Below are positions 57,675-64,000 of a DNA stretch of 64,000 bases, in pieces. The notes under the pieces were generated by a model. That model had not been told where the DNA came from. It ran no database searches and saw only the letters and a program-made list of their open reading frames with translations. The DNA comes from Planctomycetota bacterium. Its GTDB lineage: Bacteria > Planctomycetota > B15-G4. The position numbers were made by a program, and so were the translations under genes. Numbering within the stretch: position 1 is the stretch's first letter; each line of letters begins with the position of its first letter. The stretch lies in contig CBDFJQ010000002.1 in assembly GCA_965248575.1 (NCBI GenBank), positions 288,001 to 352,000 on the forward strand, read 5' to 3'.

Positions 57675-58808
57675 CTAGCTCTGCGATTCGCCGTTGCTCT
57701 TGTTCTTGGGGTTCTCGAACCAAGGCGTGCCCGTCAGGACCAGGCAGTTGGCGCACACGTCGGCATACTCGCCCTTGAACATCTGCCGCCGGAACTCCTG
57801 GTACTTGGCCCCATTCCAGATGGCGTCGAAGGACTGCTCGAGGACGTTGCCCATTTCGAGCTCTTCGGGGCCACGGCAGCATGGGAAGACCTTGCCGTCC
57901 GGCGTGACCTTCACATAGTTCATGGCCATGTTGCAGAAGCCAGGTGCCATGGGCCCCAGGCTTTCCATGTGCACCTCACGCACGGTGGTCAAGGGGGCCT
58001 TGGTGGGGCGATTCTCCTGAGGCGTGCCGTATTCCCCACCATGGGGTGAGTGCAGCTGGAGGGTCAGGTCCACGTTGCGCGCTTCGGCGCGCTGCTTGAC
58101 CAGGGCAACCATCTCCGAGAACTCTTCTTCGGAGACCCGACCTTCGAGCGACAGCTCGTCGTAGCCGGTGGAGTTGGGGAGCAGTTCCTGCATGGCGAGG
58201 GTCTCGCCGCCCAGGTCCGCGACGAAGTCGACGAGCTCGGGCATGTGCCGCCAGTTGGGTTCCATGACAACGGCGTTGAAGCCGATCTCGACCTGATGTT
58301 CCCGGGCCAAGGGCATGATCTCCTGGATGTTCGAGACGACCTTCTCGAAGTGGGAGTTCACGCGCAGGCTCTCGAACACCTCCTTGTGGGGAGAGTCGAT
58401 GGAGAACCAGATGCGGTGCGTCCAGCGTGCGATCTTGAGGAAGCGGGCCTGGCCGAGCAGCGTCGCGTTGCAGTACATCGAGAGCAACACGTCGTGCTCT
58501 TCGCAGAGGCGAATGATCTCGTCGAGATCATTCATCATGGGCTCGGAGGCATCGGAGGGGGTGAGATGCAGCGCATAGGGCAGGATCTGCCCGAGCGCCT
58601 CTCGTGCCTGCTCGACCGGCATGTGCTTCTCGGGAATGCCGTCGGCCTGGTGGCACATGACGCACAGCAGGTTGCAGTGGTTGTTGAAGCCGAACTCCAC
58701 CTCCGTGGGGCGGCTTTGCCACTCCAGGCGTTCCAAGCCGAGGTCCTGGGCCAGGTGGAGGATGTTCGCGCTTTCGCGCGTCGTCTTGGCTGCTCGTTCG
58801 GACGTCAT
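57675..58808 (-). CDS. radical SAM protein with SPASM/twitch domain
   Basis: CNLLCVMC; SIDS; C-terminal C...DGKVFPCC...MGN......IWN......FR...CANC. Confidence 0.9.
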   Translation of the reverse strand: MTSERAAKTTRESANILHLAQDLGLERLEWQSRPTEVEFGFNNHCNLLCVMCHQADGIPEKHMPVEQAREALGQILPYALHLTPSDASEPMMNDLDEIIRLCEEHDVLLSMYCNATLLGQARFLKIARWTHRIWFSIDSPHKEVFESLRVNSHFEKVVSNIQEIMPLAREHQVEIGFNAVVMEPNWRHMPELVDFVADLGGETLAMQELLPNSTGYDELSLEGRVSEEEFSEMVALVKQRAEARNVDLTLQLHSPHGGEYGTPQENRPTKAPLTTVREVHMESLGPMAPGFCNMAMNYVKVTPDGKVFPCCRGPEELEMGNVLEQSFDAIWNGAKYQEFRRQMFKGEYADVCANCLVLTGTPWFENPKNKSNGESQS

Positions 58809-58949
58809 AGGTCGTCGGACTTGCGTCCGGTCACACGTGAGGGGGACATCTACCCACATAGGGGGGGCCTAGGGGGACCGCACAGGTTAGCCGGTGATGG
58901 CCCCAGGGTGTGCTCCGGATCAGCGGAGCGCGTGCCCTCTTTCGGCAGA

Positions 58950-59282
58950 TCAGTCCTTGGACTTCTGATCGAGAGGCTTCTTGGCATCGCCTGACTTGGG
59001 CGTCGCCTTCGAGTCGGCCCCGGGCTGCTTGTCCTTCTTGGCTGAGGACTCCTTCTTTTCCGGAGCGTCGGTGCCGGATTCCGAGCCCTTCTTGGACTTC
59101 TTCTTGTAGTCGGTCTCGTAGAACCCGGAGCCCTTGAAGACAACCCCGGCGCCGATCCCGAATTGCCGCTCCAGACCGCGCCGCTCGCACTCTGGGCACT
59201 TTTTCAGCAGGGCGTCGTTGATGCCCTGGAAGTGCTCGAAGGTGTGGTCGCAGAACTTGCAGACGTAGTCATACGTCGGCAT
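58950..59282 (-). CDS. FmdB family zinc-ribbon protein
   Basis: MPTYDYVC..C...FE...CPEC...FKGSGFYETDY. Confidence 0.92.
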   Translation of the reverse strand: MPTYDYVCKFCDHTFEHFQGINDALLKKCPECERRGLERQFGIGAGVVFKGSGFYETDYKKKSKKGSESGTDAPEKKESSAKKDKQPGADSKATPKSGDAKKPLDQKSKD

Positions 59283-59943
59283 TGGGAGCGTCCTCGGGCG
59301 TCGGGGGTTGCTGGCCGTCCGGGCTGCCATCGGCGTCGGCGACCGGCTTGGTGGCCACCGTGACCTGGGATTCCCGCAGCAGGCGATCGTGCAGGCGGTA
59401 GCCGCGCACCAGCTCCACCACGATGGTGCCGGGCTCTTGCTCGTTCGTGGGCTGCTGCAGCAAGGCTTGATGCGCCGACGGATCGAAGGGGGTGCCGGGG
59501 CCCGCATCGATGGGCGTGACCCCGTTCGCGCCCAGGGCAGCCACGAGGATCTGCGCGGTCATCTCGAGCCCTTCCCAGACCTTCTCGTCCTCGGCGTTCT
59601 GTCCGTCTTCGGCAGCCGGCTTCGACTCCAGGGCCCGCTGCAGGGAGTCCAGCACCGGAAGCAGCGACTTGATCAAGCTGGAAGAGCCGTGCTTCCGAGC
59701 CTCCTCAACATCGAGGCGTGCACGGCGACGGACGTTCTCGGTTTCTGCGCGCGTGCGCATCCAGCGGTCCGTCATCTCCCCCAGCTGCTCCTCGGGCGTC
59801 AGCTCGGGGTCCTCGTCTGCGGTCTCGCCCGAAGCCTGTTCGGCTTCGTCGCTGGCTCCACCCTGCGCGGCCTTTTGCTCGGAGGCATCAGGTTCCGAGG
59901 GCGTCTCAGACTTGGACTTCTTGGCTTTTTCCCGCTTGCTCAT
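59269..59943 (-). CDS. grpE: nucleotide exchange factor GrpE
   Basis: R..AE.EN.RRR, LLPVLDSL.RA, FDP..HQA and GY.LHDRLLR motifs. Confidence 0.95.
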   Translation of the reverse strand: MSKREKAKKSKSETPSEPDASEQKAAQGGASDEAEQASGETADEDPELTPEEQLGEMTDRWMRTRAETENVRRRARLDVEEARKHGSSSLIKSLLPVLDSLQRALESKPAAEDGQNAEDEKVWEGLEMTAQILVAALGANGVTPIDAGPGTPFDPSAHQALLQQPTNEQEPGTIVVELVRGYRLHDRLLRESQVTVATKPVADADGSPDGQQPPTPEDAPNADV

Positions 59944-59975
59944 GATTCGGCTCGACGTTGCATGGCCACGGAGGG

Positions 59976-61130
59976 TCAGTCGAAGAGGTCCTTCACTTTT
60001 TCGAAGAAGGACTTCTGGGTGGAGTTTGAGGCGGAACCTTCGATCTCGCGCAGCTCTTCGATGAGTTCCTTCTCGCGAGAGTCCAGCTTCTTGGGCGTGC
60101 TGAGCTGCACGTGCACGAGCAGGTCACCGTTGCCGTAGCCCCGCACCGAGGGCATGCCCTGTCCACGCATGCGCAGCACGCTTCCACTCTGCGTGCCGCC
60201 GGGGATCTTCAGGGTCTTGGCGCCCTCGAGCGTTGGGATGTCCACCTGGCTGCCCAGGGCAAGCTGCGGATAGGTGACGGGCACCTCACAGCGCAGGTTC
60301 TCACCCTCGCGCTCGAAGAAGGCGTGCTCCTCGACCTGCACGACACAGTAGAGGTCGCCTCGCGGACCGCCCCGATCACCGGGCTCGCCCTCGCCTGCAA
60401 GGCGCAGTTGCTGCCCCGTTTCGATGCCGGCCGGGACGCGAATCTCGATGTCGGCGTCCTTGGTGACGACGCCTTGCCCGCTGCACGGTGAGCAGGGGGA
60501 TTTGACGATGTTGCCCGACCCCCGACAGCTGGGGCAGGCCGACTGGGTCATGAAGAATCCCTGCTGGCGCTGCACCTGGCCGCGGCCACCGCAGGTGGAG
60601 CAGGTCTCTGGCTGGGTGCCCGGCTCGGCGCCGCTGCCAGAGCAGGTGTCGCAAGGCTCGTGGCGCTGGATCGTGAGGGTCTTGGTGGTGCCGGTGAAGG
60701 CTTCCTTGAGCGTGATCTGAACCATCACGCGCAGGTGGCTGCCTTGGCGCGGGCCCTGGGAACGACGGCCGCCGCCCCCGAAGAGGCCCTCGAACATCGA
60801 GTCCAGACCGCCGCCGCCGCCGCCGCCGCCGCCACCGCCACCGAAGAAGGACTCGAAGATGTCCCGGGCGTGCTGGGAGCTCGCGCCGCCGAATCCCTGT
60901 CCGCGCAATCCGTCGTGACCATATTGGTCGTAGACCTTGCGCTTCTCGGAATCCGAGAGGACCTCGTAGGCCTCGGACACCTCCTTGAACTGCTCTGCCG
61001 CCTTCTCGTCGCCCTTGTTCCGGTCCGGATGGAACTTGAGCGCGAGCTTGCGGTAGGCCTTCTTCAGGTCCGCATCCGAGATGTCCCGTGAGACACCGAG
61101 GATCTCGTAGTAATCCCGGGTTGCGGCCAT
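59976..61130 (-). CDS. dnaJ: molecular chaperone DnaJ
   Basis: [13 protein letters not shown] region and four CxxCxGxG repeats. Confidence 0.97.
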   Translation of the reverse strand: MAATRDYYEILGVSRDISDADLKKAYRKLALKFHPDRNKGDEKAAEQFKEVSEAYEVLSDSEKRKVYDQYGHDGLRGQGFGGASSQHARDIFESFFGGGGGGGGGGGGLDSMFEGLFGGGGRRSQGPRQGSHLRVMVQITLKEAFTGTTKTLTIQRHEPCDTCSGSGAEPGTQPETCSTCGGRGQVQRQQGFFMTQSACPSCRGSGNIVKSPCSPCSGQGVVTKDADIEIRVPAGIETGQQLRLAGEGEPGDRGGPRGDLYCVVQVEEHAFFEREGENLRCEVPVTYPQLALGSQVDIPTLEGAKTLKIPGGTQSGSVLRMRGQGMPSVRGYGNGDLLVHVQLSTPKKLDSREKELIEELREIEGSASNSTQKSFFEKVKDLFD

Positions 61131-61134
61131 GCGA

Positions 61135-62775
<1,641 letters not shown>

Positions 62776-63066
62776 TCAGTCGCAGCGCGCGAGAATCTCG
62801 TTCTCGCGCATGATCTTGTATTCGGTGTCACCGATGGTGACATCGGTGCCTGCGTAGCGACCGAAGATGACTTCGTCGCCCTTCTTCACGCTCATGGGAG
62901 CGCGCTTGCCGTTCTTCAGGCTGCGTCCCTTGCCCAGCGCTGCGATCTTGCCGCGCTGCGGCTTCTCCTTCGCGGACTCGGGGAGAACGATGCCGCCGGC
63001 GGTGACTTCTTCGGCGTCCAGGACCTGGATCACGACGCGATCGTCGAGTGGCTTGATGGTGGTCAT
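62776..63066 (-). CDS. groES: co-chaperonin GroES
   Basis: [22 protein letters not shown] and YAGT motifs. Confidence 0.97.
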   Translation of the reverse strand: MTTIKPLDDRVVIQVLDAEEVTAGGIVLPESAKEKPQRGKIAALGKGRSLKNGKRAPMSVKKGDEVIFGRYAGTDVTIGDTEYKIMRENEILARCD

Positions 63067-63159
63067 TGCTTTGCTCGGTTTCCGAAACGTTGTGTTGTGT
63101 GCTTGGAGTGCCGCAGCGGCGCTGCGTGGCTTCAGGTGGGGGAGGAGCGGGTGCTGGGC

Positions 63160-63999
<840 letters not shown>

Positions 64000-64000
64000 G

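Noticed and set aside
60807..60843. (GCC)n microsatellite
   Set aside because: Encodes the poly-Gly stretch of the DnaJ G/F region.
63088..63114. CIRCE operator upstream of groES
   Set aside because: Only a GAGTGC half-site is present; the matching GCACTC arm 9 nt away is absent.

Overview
High-GC bacterial chromosomal window, densely coding on both strands. It is most consistent with a Planctomycetota genome (inference from the groEL-groES-groEL-dnaJ-grpE-FmdB order, DUF1570-like peptidases, a bactofilin pair, an ECF/FecR pair and the exported-protein types). No integrase, transposase, CRISPR array or rRNA was seen; one tRNA-Pro(GGG) is present. Housekeeping content includes apaH, plsC-like, mltA, ccsA/ResB-like, SMUG1-type UDG, FKBP, map and the chaperone operon. 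Main observations: (1) a TlpA/thioredoxin-fold gene that the ORF track splits at an in-frame TGA exactly at the first redox cysteine (W-U-G-P-C), a probable selenoprotein at 53209-54189; (2) a second, non-canonical chaperone module of GrpE-like, lidless Hsp70 with a PVVEQ-repeat tail, and a membrane protein with an HPD-less J-like N-terminus and an FN3 domain (29653-34554); (3) a tandemly duplicated two-gene module of a small exported 'CKPQA' protein plus a secreted HExxH metalloprotease (40092-45494); (4) an archaeal/eukaryotic-type (type II) methionine aminopeptidase; (5) a 5-oxoprolinase with a DUF1445-like tail; (6) a B12 radical SAM enzyme with a PqqD/RRE-like C-terminus; and several apparent pseudo-enzymes. 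All family calls come from motif recognition by eye; no database searches were run.
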